Shown piece after piece: positions 48,429 through 58,560 of a stretch of DNA of 64,000 nucleotides. Position 1 is the first letter of the stretch. Every line of letters starts with the position of its first letter. Source of the stretch: Vicinamibacteria bacterium (GTDB lineage: Bacteria; Acidobacteriota; Vicinamibacteria; Marinacidobacterales; Marinacidobacteraceae); NCBI GenBank assembly GCA_963422395.1, contig OY729431.1, forward strand, positions 960,001 to 1,024,000, given 5' to 3'. Position numbers and translations under genes: made by a program. The notes under the pieces are model-generated. The model saw only the letters and a program-made list of their open reading frames with translations, did no database searches and was not told the DNA's origin.

Positions 48429-49994
48429 TCACCGGTGCTCGCCGAAGACCGCCCGGAGCGCGTCGCTGATCTCGCCGACGGTGGCCCGGGCGGCAGCCGC
48501 GCCGAGGATGGGCGGCATCAGGTTCCCGCTCCCGCCGGCGACCCGGCGCACTTCGGCGAGCGCCCGTTCCACCGGCTCGGGGCTCCGGTGTTCCCGCACC
48601 CGGCGAACGCGCTCCACCTGCGAGGTCTCCGCCTCGGGGTCGAGCGTGAAGGGCGCCGGCCGGCTCTGTTCTCCCTCCTGGCGGAACCGGTTCACCCCGA
48701 CCACCGTCTCCCGGCCTTCCTCCAGGTCGCGCTGGAAGGCATAGGCCGCTTCCTGGATGCGCGCCCGAACGAAGCCCGATTCGATGGCTGCCGCCGCCCC
48801 GCCGAGACGGTCCAGCTGCTCGATCCACGAGACCGCCTCCGCTTCGAGCTCGTCGGTTAGCGCCTCGATGGCCCAGGAACCGCCGAGCGGGTCGGCGGTC
48901 GCCGCCACTCCGCTCTCGAAGGCGATCACCTGCTGGGTGCGGAGCGCCAGTCTCGCGGTCTCCTCGGTCGGCAGGCCGAGCGCCTCGTCGAGCGCGTTCG
49001 TGTGCAGCGACTGGGTTCCGCCGAGGACCGCGGCGAGCGCCTCGAGCGTCGTCCGCACCACATTCACCTGGGGTTCGAGCGCGGTGAGGGTCGAGCCTGC
49101 GGTCTGGGCGTGGAAGCGCAGCATCTGCGCCCGCGGGTCCTTCGAGCCGAAGCGCTCGCGGAGCAGCGTCCCCCAAAGCCGCCGGGCGGCGCGGAACTTG
49201 GCGACCTCTTCGAGGAAGTCCCGGTGGGCGCCGAAGAAGAAGGAAACCCGGGGGGCCACCTCGTCCACCGTGAGGCCGCGTTCCACCGCCGAGCGGACAT
49301 AGGCGAGGCCGTTCGCCAGGGTGAACCCCACCTCTTGCGCCGCAGTGCATCCGGCCTCGCGCAGGTGATAGCCGCTCACGCTCACCGGCTGGAAGCGGGG
49401 CAGCTCGCGCCGGCACCACTCGATCACATCGGCGGCGAGCCGGAGCGAAGGCTCCGGTGGATAGATCCAGGTTCCCCGCGCCGCGTATTCCTTCAGGATG
49501 TCGTTCTGGACCGTTCCCGAGATCGCCTCGAGCGCCGTTCCCTGCCGCCGGGCCACCGTTACATAGAGCGCCAGCAGGATGGCGGCGGTGGCGTTGATCG
49601 TCATCGAGGTGGAGACGCGCCCGAGCGGAATGTCCGCGAACAGCGTCTCCATGTCCTCGAGGGAATCGATGGCGACCCCGACCCGCCCGACCTCGCCGGC
49701 GGCGAGGGGATGATCGGAGTCGTATCCGATCTGGGTCGGCAGATCGAAGGCCACCGAGAGCCCGGTCTGCCCGCTTTCGAGCAGGCGGCGGTAGCGGCGG
49801 TTCGAGGCGGCGGCAGTGGCGTAGCCCGCGTACTGGCGCATCGTCCAGAGCCGCTCCCGATACCCGGAGGTGCGGATGCCGCGGGTGAAGGGGGCTTCGC
49901 CGGGGAGTCCGAGGCGCGCCTCGCCTCCCGGCGCGTCCTCCGGCCGGTAGAGCGGGCGCAGGGGCCGCCGGGAGCTCTCGGGCGCCGAACTCAC
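48429..49994 (-). CDS. Methylmalonyl-CoA mutase family, substrate-binding large subunit (no B12 domain)
   Basis: [58 protein letters not shown]. Confidence 0.95.
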   Translation of the reverse strand: MSSAPESSRRPLRPLYRPEDAPGGEARLGLPGEAPFTRGIRTSGYRERLWTMRQYAGYATAAASNRRYRRLLESGQTGLSVAFDLPTQIGYDSDHPLAAGEVGRVGVAIDSLEDMETLFADIPLGRVSTSMTINATAAILLALYVTVARRQGTALEAISGTVQNDILKEYAARGTWIYPPEPSLRLAADVIEWCRRELPRFQPVSVSGYHLREAGCTAAQEVGFTLANGLAYVRSAVERGLTVDEVAPRVSFFFGAHRDFLEEVAKFRAARRLWGTLLRERFGSKDPRAQMLRFHAQTAGSTLTALEPQVNVVRTTLEALAAVLGGTQSLHTNALDEALGLPTEETARLALRTQQVIAFESGVAATADPLGGSWAIEALTDELEAEAVSWIEQLDRLGGAAAAIESGFVRARIQEAAYAFQRDLEEGRETVVGVNRFRQEGEQSRPAPFTLDPEAETSQVERVRRVREHRSPEPVERALAEVRRVAGGSGNLMPPILGAAAARATVGEISDALRAVFGEHR

Positions 49995-50602
49995 GGCTCC
50001 GGCTCGGGCGCGCAGGCGAACTCGCAGACCAGCACCCGGCTCCCCCAGATTTCGGAGCGCGCCTGGTCCAGCGGGCAGAGGCGAACCAGCTCTTCTTCGA
50101 AGAACAGCGGGCATTCCTCGGCGAGCGCGGGGCCGAGGTCTTCGGGGCGGGCGATGGTGAGCTCGAGCCGCCGGCGGAGCGGGGTCCAGCCTTCGGTCTC
50201 GCCGAGGCCGCGCAGGTCCCCGAGGAGCTGCTCGACCTGACGGCGGGCGTCGGGGAGCGGCAGGTCCCCATCCTGAACTTCGGCCAGGATGGCGCGGGCG
50301 CGCTCGCGGAGCCCGCCGATGGAATCCTGCCGAGCGGACCGGACCGCCGCCGGTGCCGGATCTTCGGGGACGCCGGAGGCGGCGGCCGCCGCCGACCCCA
50401 GCAGTCTGTGGATGAAGTGGCGCGAGCCCAAAAGCCGGTGAGGCGCGCGGCGGACAAGGCGCGATTCGGGAGGCACACCGGGTGTATTCCGACTGAATCG
50501 CAACGCCGAGCGAAGCGGTTCCGCCGTGATGCATCGCCGGTCGACGGCCGTGTGACTTTGTCCACAGGCTGCTAGAGCGGCAGCGAGCAGGAGGGGCCGC
50601 AT
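49991..50602 (-). CDS. Exported hypothetical protein carrying an in-frame MITE insertion
   Basis: ATG 6 nt downstream of the phyH stop; stop overlaps the mutase GTG; [10 protein letters not shown]-[MITE]-GSAAAAAS. Confidence 0.7.
   Translation of the reverse strand: MRPLLLAAALAACGQSHTAVDRRCITAEPLRSALRFSRNTPGVPPESRLVRRAPHRLLGSRHFIHRLLGSAAAAASGVPEDPAPAAVRSARQDSIGGLRERARAILAEVQDGDLPLPDARRQVEQLLGDLRGLGETEGWTPLRRRLELTIARPEDLGPALAEECPLFFEEELVRLCPLDQARSEIWGSRVLVCEFACAPEPEP
50402..50571 (-). mobile_element. MITE copy 4 (170 bp), inside a CDS
   Basis: Minus strand CTAG|CAGCCTGTGGACAAAGT...ACTTCATCCACAGACTG|CTGG. Confidence 0.9.
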
Positions 50603-50608
50603 GACGCG

Positions 50609-51574
50609 CTATCGAGGCTCGGCGGACTTTTGCTGCGGCTGCGACGAAGGGGGCCGCCAGAGCCTCGCCTTCCCGATCCGAGAGGCGAGCCACGAACGGA
50701 GCGGCACATCCTCGGGCTGCGGTTGGTAGAAGCCCACCTCGGTCTTTCCGTCGCCGAGCAGCTGGCGCAGCACCGGATCGCAGCGCTCGAGGAAACTCGC
50801 GGGAAGGGCGGTGGAATCGAGCGGCCGGAGCCAGCGGTAGCTGTAGCCGAAGAAGAGCGACTTCCGCACTCTCTCGGAGGTGTTCTTCCCGTGCCGGTGC
50901 CACAGCCGCCGGTCGAAGATCGTCGCGTCCCCCGGCGCTCCCCCGAGGAGAACCCGCCCCTCCCATTCCGAATCGTTCGAGCGGGGTGGAGGTGCATCGA
51001 GGCGGTGGCTGCCGGGAATGGCCTCCATCGCCCCGCAGTCCGGCGCGCGGGTGTCGGTGAGCCAGTAGGCCGTCTTGACCGAGAGCCGCGGGGCGGGCCG
51101 CTCGAGCTCCAGTACCGGGCGGCCGCTGTCCTGGTGCCAGACCGGCGCCCGGCATTGGGCACCGCCCCAGGTCTCGGGGGGATACACCACCAGATGGGAG
51201 ATGTAGAGCTGGATGTTCCAGCCCAGGATGTCCCAGACCTTGGGGAAGGTTCGCGGCTGATCCACGAGTTCGAGGAACGCCGGATCGAAGCGGATCACCG
51301 AGAAACGGGACATCATGTCGCCGCGCGCGAGCTGCAGTCTCCCGCGCTCGGCGGTGTCGAGCCGGTCCACCGCGGCGAGGAGCCGGGAGACCTGCTCCGA
51401 ATCGAGCGCCTCGGGGATGTGGAGGAAGCCGTCCCGTTCGAACGCGGCGAGCTCGTCGGGAGTCGCGGCTTGCTCGAGGTGTTCCTTCGTGAGTCCGCCG
51501 AAACGGAAGCCCGCGGGATCGAAGCGGATCTCCGAGTCCAACGGTTCGACCGGAGGGGCCACCAGCTTACCCAT
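50609..51574 (-). CDS. Phytanoyl-CoA dioxygenase (PhyH) family 2OG-Fe(II) oxygenase
   Basis: [17 protein letters not shown] (HxD), [20 protein letters not shown] in ERVRKS. Confidence 0.9.
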   Translation of the reverse strand: MGKLVAPPVEPLDSEIRFDPAGFRFGGLTKEHLEQAATPDELAAFERDGFLHIPEALDSEQVSRLLAAVDRLDTAERGRLQLARGDMMSRFSVIRFDPAFLELVDQPRTFPKVWDILGWNIQLYISHLVVYPPETWGGAQCRAPVWHQDSGRPVLELERPAPRLSVKTAYWLTDTRAPDCGAMEAIPGSHRLDAPPPRSNDSEWEGRVLLGGAPGDATIFDRRLWHRHGKNTSERVRKSLFFGYSYRWLRPLDSTALPASFLERCDPVLRQLLGDGKTEVGFYQPQPEDVPLRSWLASRIGKARLWRPPSSQPQQKSAEPR

Positions 51575-51633
51575 CGTTACGCGGCTCCGCCGCGAAGGAA
51601 CCCGGTGCTCACGGGGCCGTTAGTATTGTCGAA

Positions 51634-52272
51634 GTGAGCCGCCGGCGTATGCAGCTGCTCGCGGGGTGGGCCGTTTTCTTGGCTCTCGGCGCGAGCATCT
51701 ATCTCGGTCCCTACTTCGCCGCCTGGCGGATCCGGGAAGCCGTCGCGGCGGGAGACTCCGAGGCGCTCCGCGACTTCGTGGACTTCGAGGCGGTCCGGGA
51801 AAATCTCAAGGCCGAGTTGCGCCGCACGGTGGAGGCGAGCCGGCGGGCGCGCGACCGGGAAGAGAGCGAAGAGCCGGCGGACGCCGGGCCCGAAGAAGAA
51901 GAGGAAGAAGCGGAGCTCGATCTGGGCAGCCAGCTCGCGGTCGCGGTCGGCGAAACGATGATCGACCGTTTCGCCACTCCCGAGGGAGTGGATCGGGCAC
52001 TCCGCGATCCTCCGGAGGAGGGCAGCGGCTGGTCGTCCTTCCTCGGGCTCGGAGCCGGAGATGGCGGAGAGGAGGAAGAAGGTGGAGGAGTGTCGGTCCG
52101 CGCCGGCTACGACGGATGGAGCGACTTCACCGTCCGCCTCGGAGTGGATCGGGACGCCTCGGACGGCGAGCCGCTCTGGGCCGACATCCTGTTCGAGCGG
52201 CGCGGTATCTGGACCTGGCGGGTCACCGGAGCGCGGGTGAGTCCCGACGCCATTCCCCTCCTCACCCGCTGA
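51634..52272 (+). CDS. DUF2939 domain-containing membrane-anchored protein
   Basis: TM helix, GPYFAAWRIREAV..GD..AL..FVDFEAVRENLK, TPEG, WRVT. Confidence 0.75.
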   Translation: MSRRRMQLLAGWAVFLALGASIYLGPYFAAWRIREAVAAGDSEALRDFVDFEAVRENLKAELRRTVEASRRARDREESEEPADAGPEEEEEEAELDLGSQLAVAVGETMIDRFATPEGVDRALRDPPEEGSGWSSFLGLGAGDGGEEEEGGGVSVRAGYDGWSDFTVRLGVDRDASDGEPLWADILFERRGIWTWRVTGARVSPDAIPLLTR

Positions 52273-52331
52273 TTCCCCGCCGTTTTACTCGACCCGCTGA
52301 TTCACCACTGATTTCGTCCATCCGCTGATTG
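52264..52331. repeat. A(C/T)CCGCTGATT motif repeated at 28-bp period
   Basis: Copies at 52264, 52292, 52320 plus variant accactgatt at 52304. Confidence 0.65.
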
Positions 52332-52449
52332 CGGGGCCGCGCCGCCGCGCGGAGCGCGTTTTCGATCCCTCCCTCCTAGCGCGCCGGGGCGGTTTTCGGG
52401 GCTTTTGGGCGCTTCTTCGCTCGGCTCCTTACAATCGCCCCCCTCCCCG

Positions 52450-55400
52450 ATGCGTGAGACCTTCTTCGAGCGCCCGATCCTGAACTCCCCCTACGAGGTT
52501 CCGGACCGCCATTGGAAACTCGGCCCGGACGGAGTTCCGACCGACGAGATCGCCGCGGCCCGCCGGGCAGCGGAGTTCCTCTCTCCGGTACCCCCGCCGA
52601 AGCCGCAGCGAGGGGGGCCGCGTCGGCTGGCGCTGGGAGAAGCGCGCCTTTCGACCGCCGAACAGCAATACGACCCCTATCCGGTCATCAATCGGATCCG
52701 CCAGGAGGTGGACCGCTGGCGCGAGCTGCCCGAGGCGAAGTGGGGCGTCACCCGGGAGACCGCCCTCCTCCTCCGCCACTGGCGCAGCCACGAATTCAGC
52801 ACCCGCCGCCCCTTCTTCTGCCAGGTCGAGGCGGTGGAGACCGCAATCTGGCTCGTCGAGGCCGCGGGGTTGCTCCGGGAATCGGGGGAGAACCTGCCGC
52901 ACCGTTTCCGCCGCATCTGGAAGCACCTCCACCACGCGAACCGGGCGGCGAATCCGCAGCTCCTCCGGGTCGCGCTGAAGATGGCGACCGGCGCCGGGAA
53001 GACCACGGTGATGGCGATGCTGATCGCCTGGCAGACGGTCAACGCGGTCCGCCACCCGAAGCGACGGAGCTTCACCCGCGGCTTTCTGGTGGTGACTCCG
53101 GGCATCACCATCCGCGACCGGCTGCGGGTGCTGCTCCCGAACGATCCGAACAGCTACTTCCGAAAAGGCAGTGAACTCGTTCCCCGCGAGATGCTCGGCG
53201 ACCTCCAGCGCGCCGAGATCGTCATCACCAATTTCCACGCCTTCCAGCGGCGCGAACGGATGAAGCTCGCGAAGGGAACCCGCTCGCTGCTCCAGGGCCG
53301 GGGGACCCCACCCAGCACCGTAGAAACCGAGGGCGAGATGCTCCGCCGGGTGATGTCCCGCCTCCTGGGGAAGAAGCACATCCTGGTCCTGAACGACGAG
53401 GGGCACCACTGCTACCGGGAGAAGGCCGGCGGAAGCGAGGAAGGGAGGCTCGTCGGGGAAGAAAGGGAGGAAGCGCAGAAGAACCAGCAGGCAGCGCGCG
53501 TCTGGATCAGGGGCATCGAGACGGTGCGGCGGAAGATCGGCGTTCCCGTCGTCTTCGACCTCTCCGCCACCCCCTTCTTCCTGCGCGGCTCCGGCTATGC
53601 CGAAGGGACGCTCTTCCCCTGGACGGTCAGCGATTTCTCACTCATGGACGCCATCGAGTCCGGCATCGTGAAACTGCCGCGGGTTCCGGTCTCGGACAGC
53701 GTGAACCCCGACGACCGGCCGCGGCTCCGAGACCTCTGGGAGCACATCGGGAAGAAGATGCCGAGGAAGGGCCGCCGGCAGAGCGCCGGTTCGCTCGATC
53801 CGGGACACCTCCCACCGCTCCTCGAGACCGCCTTCTCGGCGCTCTATTCCCATTACGAGAAGACCTTCGACCGTTGGCAGGAAGCCGGTATCGAAACGCC
53901 GCCGGTCTTCATCGTCGTCTGCAGCAACACCGCGGCCTCGAAGCTGGTCCACGACTACCTCGCGGGATACGAACGAAAGCGCGCGGACGGCGAAACCGAG
54001 GTCGAAAACGGCCGGCTGGAACTCTTCCGCAACTACGACGAGAACGGGACCCGCTTGCCGCGCCCCCGGACGCTGCTCATCGACAGCGAACAGATCGAGT
54101 CCGGCGACGCACTCGACCCCGCTTTCCGGAAAGCCGCGAAGGATCAGATCGAGCGCTTTCGGCGCGAGATCGTGGACCGCACCGGCAGCCGAGCGGATGC
54201 AGAGGCGATCTCCGACGCCGATCTGCTGCGCGAGGCGATGAACACTGTCGGCAAGCCCGGGCGGCTCGGGGAAGACATCCGCTGCGTGGTGTCGGTCTCG
54301 ATGCTCACCGAAGGCTGGGACGCCAATACGGTGACCCACATCCTGGGCATCCGGGCTTTCGGAACGCAGCTCCTCTGCGAACAGGTGGTGGGCCGGGCGC
54401 TGCGCCGGCAGTCGTACGAGCGAAACAGCGAAGGCCGGTTCGATCCCGAATACGCCGAGGTGCTGGGCATTCCCTTCGACTTCACCGGCAAACCGGTTCC
54501 CGTTCCCCTTCCCAAGCCGCCGCCCCCGGTGACGCATGTCCACGCGGTGCGGCCCGAGCGCGACGCCCTGGAAATCCGTTTCCCCCGCGTCGCGGGGTAT
54601 CGAAGGGAGCTCCCCGAGGATCGGCTGACCGCCCGCTTCACCGCCGACTCCACGATCGTCCTGACTCCGGCACTCGTGGGGCCGATGAAGACGACGAATC
54701 AGGGAATCGTCGGCCTTCCCGCCGAGTTGCGGCCCGATCGGAACCAGGACATCCGCGAAGCGACGCTCGCCTTCCATCTCGCCCGCGACCTGCTGCGCCG
54801 CCATCTCTACGGTGCGGGCGAAGAGCCCCGCTTCCATCTCTTCGGTCAGGTGAAGCGGATCGTGCGCGATTGGCTCCGGGACGGGCACCTCGTCTGCGAG
54901 CCGGGAACCCATCGGGGGCAGCTGCTCTACGAAGAACTGGCGGCGATGGCATGCGAACGGATCACTGCCGCGGTCACCGCCGCCTCCGGCAGCGAGCGGC
55001 TGCTGGCGGTCCTCGACCCCTGGAATCCGGAAGGCTCGACGGGGGCCGTGGACTTCCGAACCTCGAAGACGACGCTCTGGCGGGCCGACCCCGGGAAGTG
55101 CCCGGTGAACTGGGCGGTCTGCGATCTCTCCTGGGAGGAAGAATTCTGCCGGGTGGTCGAGGCGGAGCCGAGCGTCGGGGGGGTTGCCGTCGAGGGGTTT
55201 GCCGTCGAGGCGTATGTGAAGAATGCCGGGCTCGGGTTCGAGGTTCCCTACCGACTCGCCGGAGAGGCCCACCGCTATCTGCCGGACTTCATCGTCCGGG
55301 TCCGGGACGGTGCGGGCGAGCCCGTCCACATCGTCGTCGAAGTCAAGGGGAGGCCGGACGAGAAATCGAAGGCGAAGGCGGAGACGATGCGCTCCCAGTG

Positions 55401-55530
55401 GGTTCCCGGAGTGAACGGCCTCGGAACCTTCGGCCGCTGGGCGTTCCTGGAACTGCGGAACATCTCCAGCATGGCGGCGGAGTTTCGGAGGTTCGTCGGC
55501 GCGCTCGGCGCCGAAAGCGAAGCTGCCTAG
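52450..55530 (+). CDS. Type III restriction enzyme Res-like subunit (SF2 helicase plus nuclease)
   Basis: PILNSPY, KMATGAGKT, NDEGHHCY, SATP, MLTEGWD, EQVVGRALRR, YLPDFIV...VEVKG. Confidence 0.9.
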   Translation: MRETFFERPILNSPYEVPDRHWKLGPDGVPTDEIAAARRAAEFLSPVPPPKPQRGGPRRLALGEARLSTAEQQYDPYPVINRIRQEVDRWRELPEAKWGVTRETALLLRHWRSHEFSTRRPFFCQVEAVETAIWLVEAAGLLRESGENLPHRFRRIWKHLHHANRAANPQLLRVALKMATGAGKTTVMAMLIAWQTVNAVRHPKRRSFTRGFLVVTPGITIRDRLRVLLPNDPNSYFRKGSELVPREMLGDLQRAEIVITNFHAFQRRERMKLAKGTRSLLQGRGTPPSTVETEGEMLRRVMSRLLGKKHILVLNDEGHHCYREKAGGSEEGRLVGEEREEAQKNQQAARVWIRGIETVRRKIGVPVVFDLSATPFFLRGSGYAEGTLFPWTVSDFSLMDAIESGIVKLPRVPVSDSVNPDDRPRLRDLWEHIGKKMPRKGRRQSAGSLDPGHLPPLLETAFSALYSHYEKTFDRWQEAGIETPPVFIVVCSNTAASKLVHDYLAGYERKRADGETEVENGRLELFRNYDENGTRLPRPRTLLIDSEQIESGDALDPAFRKAAKDQIERFRREIVDRTGSRADAEAISDADLLREAMNTVGKPGRLGEDIRCVVSVSMLTEGWDANTVTHILGIRAFGTQLLCEQVVGRALRRQSYERNSEGRFDPEYAEVLGIPFDFTGKPVPVPLPKPPPPVTHVHAVRPERDALEIRFPRVAGYRRELPEDRLTARFTADSTIVLTPALVGPMKTTNQGIVGLPAELRPDRNQDIREATLAFHLARDLLRRHLYGAGEEPRFHLFGQVKRIVRDWLRDGHLVCEPGTHRGQLLYEELAAMACERITAAVTAASGSERLLAVLDPWNPEGSTGAVDFRTSKTTLWRADPGKCPVNWAVCDLSWEEEFCRVVEAEPSVGGVAVEGFAVEAYVKNAGLGFEVPYRLAGEAHRYLPDFIVRVRDGAGEPVHIVVEVKGRPDEKSKAKAETMRSQWVPGVNGLGTFGRWAFLELRNISSMAAEFRRFVGALGAESEAA

Positions 55531-55552
55531 CAGCCGCGTAGAGGGAGACCCG

Positions 55553-58530
55553 ATGGCGAAGAAGCGCACGACGAAGAAGCCGATCGCGGTGGAAGCGACC
55601 CGGCACTCGTCCTCGAATCGGCTGAACCTGCCGAGCGCCGAGCACGAGCCCCTCGTTCCGGAGGGCGACCGGGCTCCGATTCCGGTTCGCTACCCGCGAA
55701 ACCCGGACCTCGACCCGCAGCTGGTCTGGAGGGGAAAGGACGAACGGGCAGAAGAGTCCGAGCTCGTCGTTCCGGCGCCGCCGCTCTACATCCAGGAGCG
55801 GGTGCAGCCGAAGGCGCTGGTGGACGACCTGCGCCGAGAGACCCTGCACCGGAAGATGCAGCGCAGCGAAGACTGCGCTGAGAATTCGGGGGGGGGGGGG
55901 GGGTAGCTCCCTCTCTCTTCGCTGATTTCAACGGCCTTCCGGAGGGCGCCGACCGGACCGATTTCTATCAGCACCGGGGGAACTGGTCGAACCGGATGAT
56001 CCTGGGAGACTCGCTGCGGGTGATGGCGAGTCTCGCCGAGCGCGAGGGGCTGCGCGGCAGAGTGCAGTGCATCTACCTCGATCCCCCCTACGGGATCAAA
56101 TTCCAATCGAACTTCCAGTGGTCCACCGGCAGCCGGGATGTGAAGGACGGCAAGAGGGAGCACATCAACCGCGAACCCGAGCAGGTGAAGGCGTTCCGGG
56201 ATACCTGGAAGGACGGCATCCATTCCTACCTGAGCTATCTGCGCGACCGGTTCGCCGCGGCGCGGGAGCTGCTGACCGAGAGCGGCAGCCTCTTCGTCCA
56301 GATCGGCGATGAGAATGTCCACCGTGTGCGCGCTCTGCTGGACGAAGTGTTCGGCCCGGAGAACTTCGTCAGACAGATCGTCTTCAAGAAAACCGGCAGC
56401 ATGGTTTCCGATGCGTTGGGAAGGACGGGCGACTACATCCTTTGGTATGGAAGGGTCAGCAGAGATCTGAAATATCGACAGTTGTTCACGCAGAAAGAAC
56501 CAGATGCCTTCTACAACTTCGTGGAGAAGGCTGATGGTGCGATCGTGAAGCTCACCGACGCGGAGAGGGCTGGATTGCCCCAGGAGACTCGAGACTCACG
56601 AGTCCTCCGACTCGTGAGTCTCGAGTCTCCTGGGGCAAATCGAGAAGACTCTCCCTTCGCGTTCGAGGGTGAAACCTTCAGCCCCAAGGGAAACAGCCAC
56701 TGGAAAGTAACTTGGCCGGACAGCATGAATGCTCTCGTGAGATCCGGTCGAGTGGTCAAGGCAGGACAGAAACTGCGGTGGAAATACTTCATCAAGGACT
56801 ACCCGGTCAAGGTGATTTCCGAGATTTGGCAAGACACTTCGGGCTTCAATCGGGATCAAAGGTATGTCGTCGAGACGCGACCGAAGGTCATTCAGCGTTG
56901 TGTCCTGATGACCACCGATCCCGGGGACCTGGTGCTCGACCCCACCTGCGGCTCGGGCACGACGGCGTATGTCGCCGAGCAGTGGGGGCGGCGCTGGATC
57001 ACCATCGATACCTCGCGGGTCGCCCTCGCGCTCGCCCGCGCCCGGATCATGGGCGCGCGCTTCCCCTACTACACCCTGGCCGACAGCCCCGAAGGGCAGC
57101 AGGCCGAGGCGAAGCTTTCGGGCCGGGCACCGCAGACCGGCCCGACGTACGGCGACCTGCGCCAGGGTTTCGTGTATGGGCGGGTCCCCCACATCACCCT
57201 CAAGGCCATCGCCAACAACGCCGAGATCGATGTGGTCTGGGAGCAGCGGCAGCCGGCAGTCGAGGCAGCGCTCGCCGGGCTGAACCAGGCGCTCGCGGGG
57301 CACCAGTCCCCGTTCCCGGTGGCCCGCGGCGCCCGGAAAGGGCAGGCGGTGCACTTCACCTCTCGGAGTGGAACGGTCCGACTCCCGAACGGCGACCCGG
57401 CGCCGGCCGCCGGCCTCCTCGAATGGGAGGTCCCGCGCGAGCCGCCCGCCGATTGGCCCCCCGCCGCCCGCACTGCGGTCTCCTCGTTCTGGAGAGCCCG
57501 AAAGATACGGCAGCAGGAGATCGACGCCGCGATCGCCCGGCAAGCGGATTTCGAGCCTCTCCACGATAAGCCGGCCGAAGACGAGACGAGAGTCCGGGTC
57601 GCCGGTCCCTTCACCGTCGAGAGCCTGGCCCCCCACCGGACCCTGGCGGTGGATGAAGAGGACGAGCCGATCCTGCGCGCCGCCGAGCCCCGCGCCCCCT
57701 ATGGCAGCGGGAGCAGCGGCCCCGGCGATTTCGCTCCCATGATCCTGGAACAGCTGCGCACCGCTGGAGTCCAGCAAGCGCGGAAGCGAGACCGGATCGA
57801 GTTCTCCTCGCTAACCCCCTGGCCGGGTATCTACCTCGCCGCCGAAGGGCGCTACTCCGAAGGGGAACGCGAGCGGCGCGCCGGGATCCTCATCGGCCCG
57901 GAGTTCGGCACGGTTTCGCGTCCGGATCTCGCCGCCGCGGCGCGGGAGGCGGCCGAAGCCGGTTTCGATGTCCTGGTGTGTTGCGCCTTCGCCTACGACC
58001 CGCACGCCGCCGACCTTGCGAAGCTCGGCAGGGTGCAGGTCCTGAAGGCGCGGATGAACGCCGACCTCCACATGGCCGAGGTTCTGAAAGACATCGGGAA
58101 GGGCGATAAAACGAAGGGCAATCTGTTCGTGATCTTCGGCGAACCCGACATCGAGATCGAGGAGATCGGGCCCTCCGGTGAATCCGGCGGCGGTGAGGAG
58201 CGGTTTCGAGTGCGGCTCCGGGGCGTCGATGTGTTCCATCCGCAGACCGGCGAGATCCGCAGCGACAGCGCCGACGGGGTCGCCTGCTGGTTCCTCGACA
58301 CCGAGTACGACGGGGAGAGCTTCTTCGTCCGCCACGCCTACTTTCCCGGCACCGCGAACGACCCCTGGAAGGCGCTCCGGAAGACCCTGAATGCCGAGAT
58401 CGACGAGGAGGCCTGGGAGAGCCTCCGCCGCGATGTCTCCCGCCCCTTCCCGAAGCCCCCGACGGGCCGCATCGCCGTCAAGGTCATCAACCATCTCGGC
58501 GACGAAGTGATGCAGGTCTTCCGCGTCTGA
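55553..58530 (+). pseudogene. Type III Mod-like adenine DNA methyltransferase, frameshifted at G16 tract (candidate phase-variable, OFF as assembled)
   Basis: N-terminal part 55553-55906 (DPQLVWRGKD, PPLYIQE) continues in the -1 frame as SLFADFNG..WSNRMILGDS; DPPY and DPTCGSGT motifs; C-terminal AVKVINHLGDEV. Confidence 0.85.
55888..55903 (+). repeat. G16 homopolymer tract in mod
   Basis: ttc-G16-tag read directly from the sequence. Confidence 0.9.
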
Positions 58531-58560
58531 GCGGAGGGCCGACCGACGACCGTCTCCGCC

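Noticed and set aside
49995-51155. Extended N-terminus of the mutase ORF
   Set aside because: Runs through two other genes and a MITE; mutase similarity starts near 49994
55996-58530. Independent methyltransferase starting at ATG 55996
   Set aside because: Conserved-looking sequence continues upstream through the G tract and no RBS is evident; internal restart is not fully excluded
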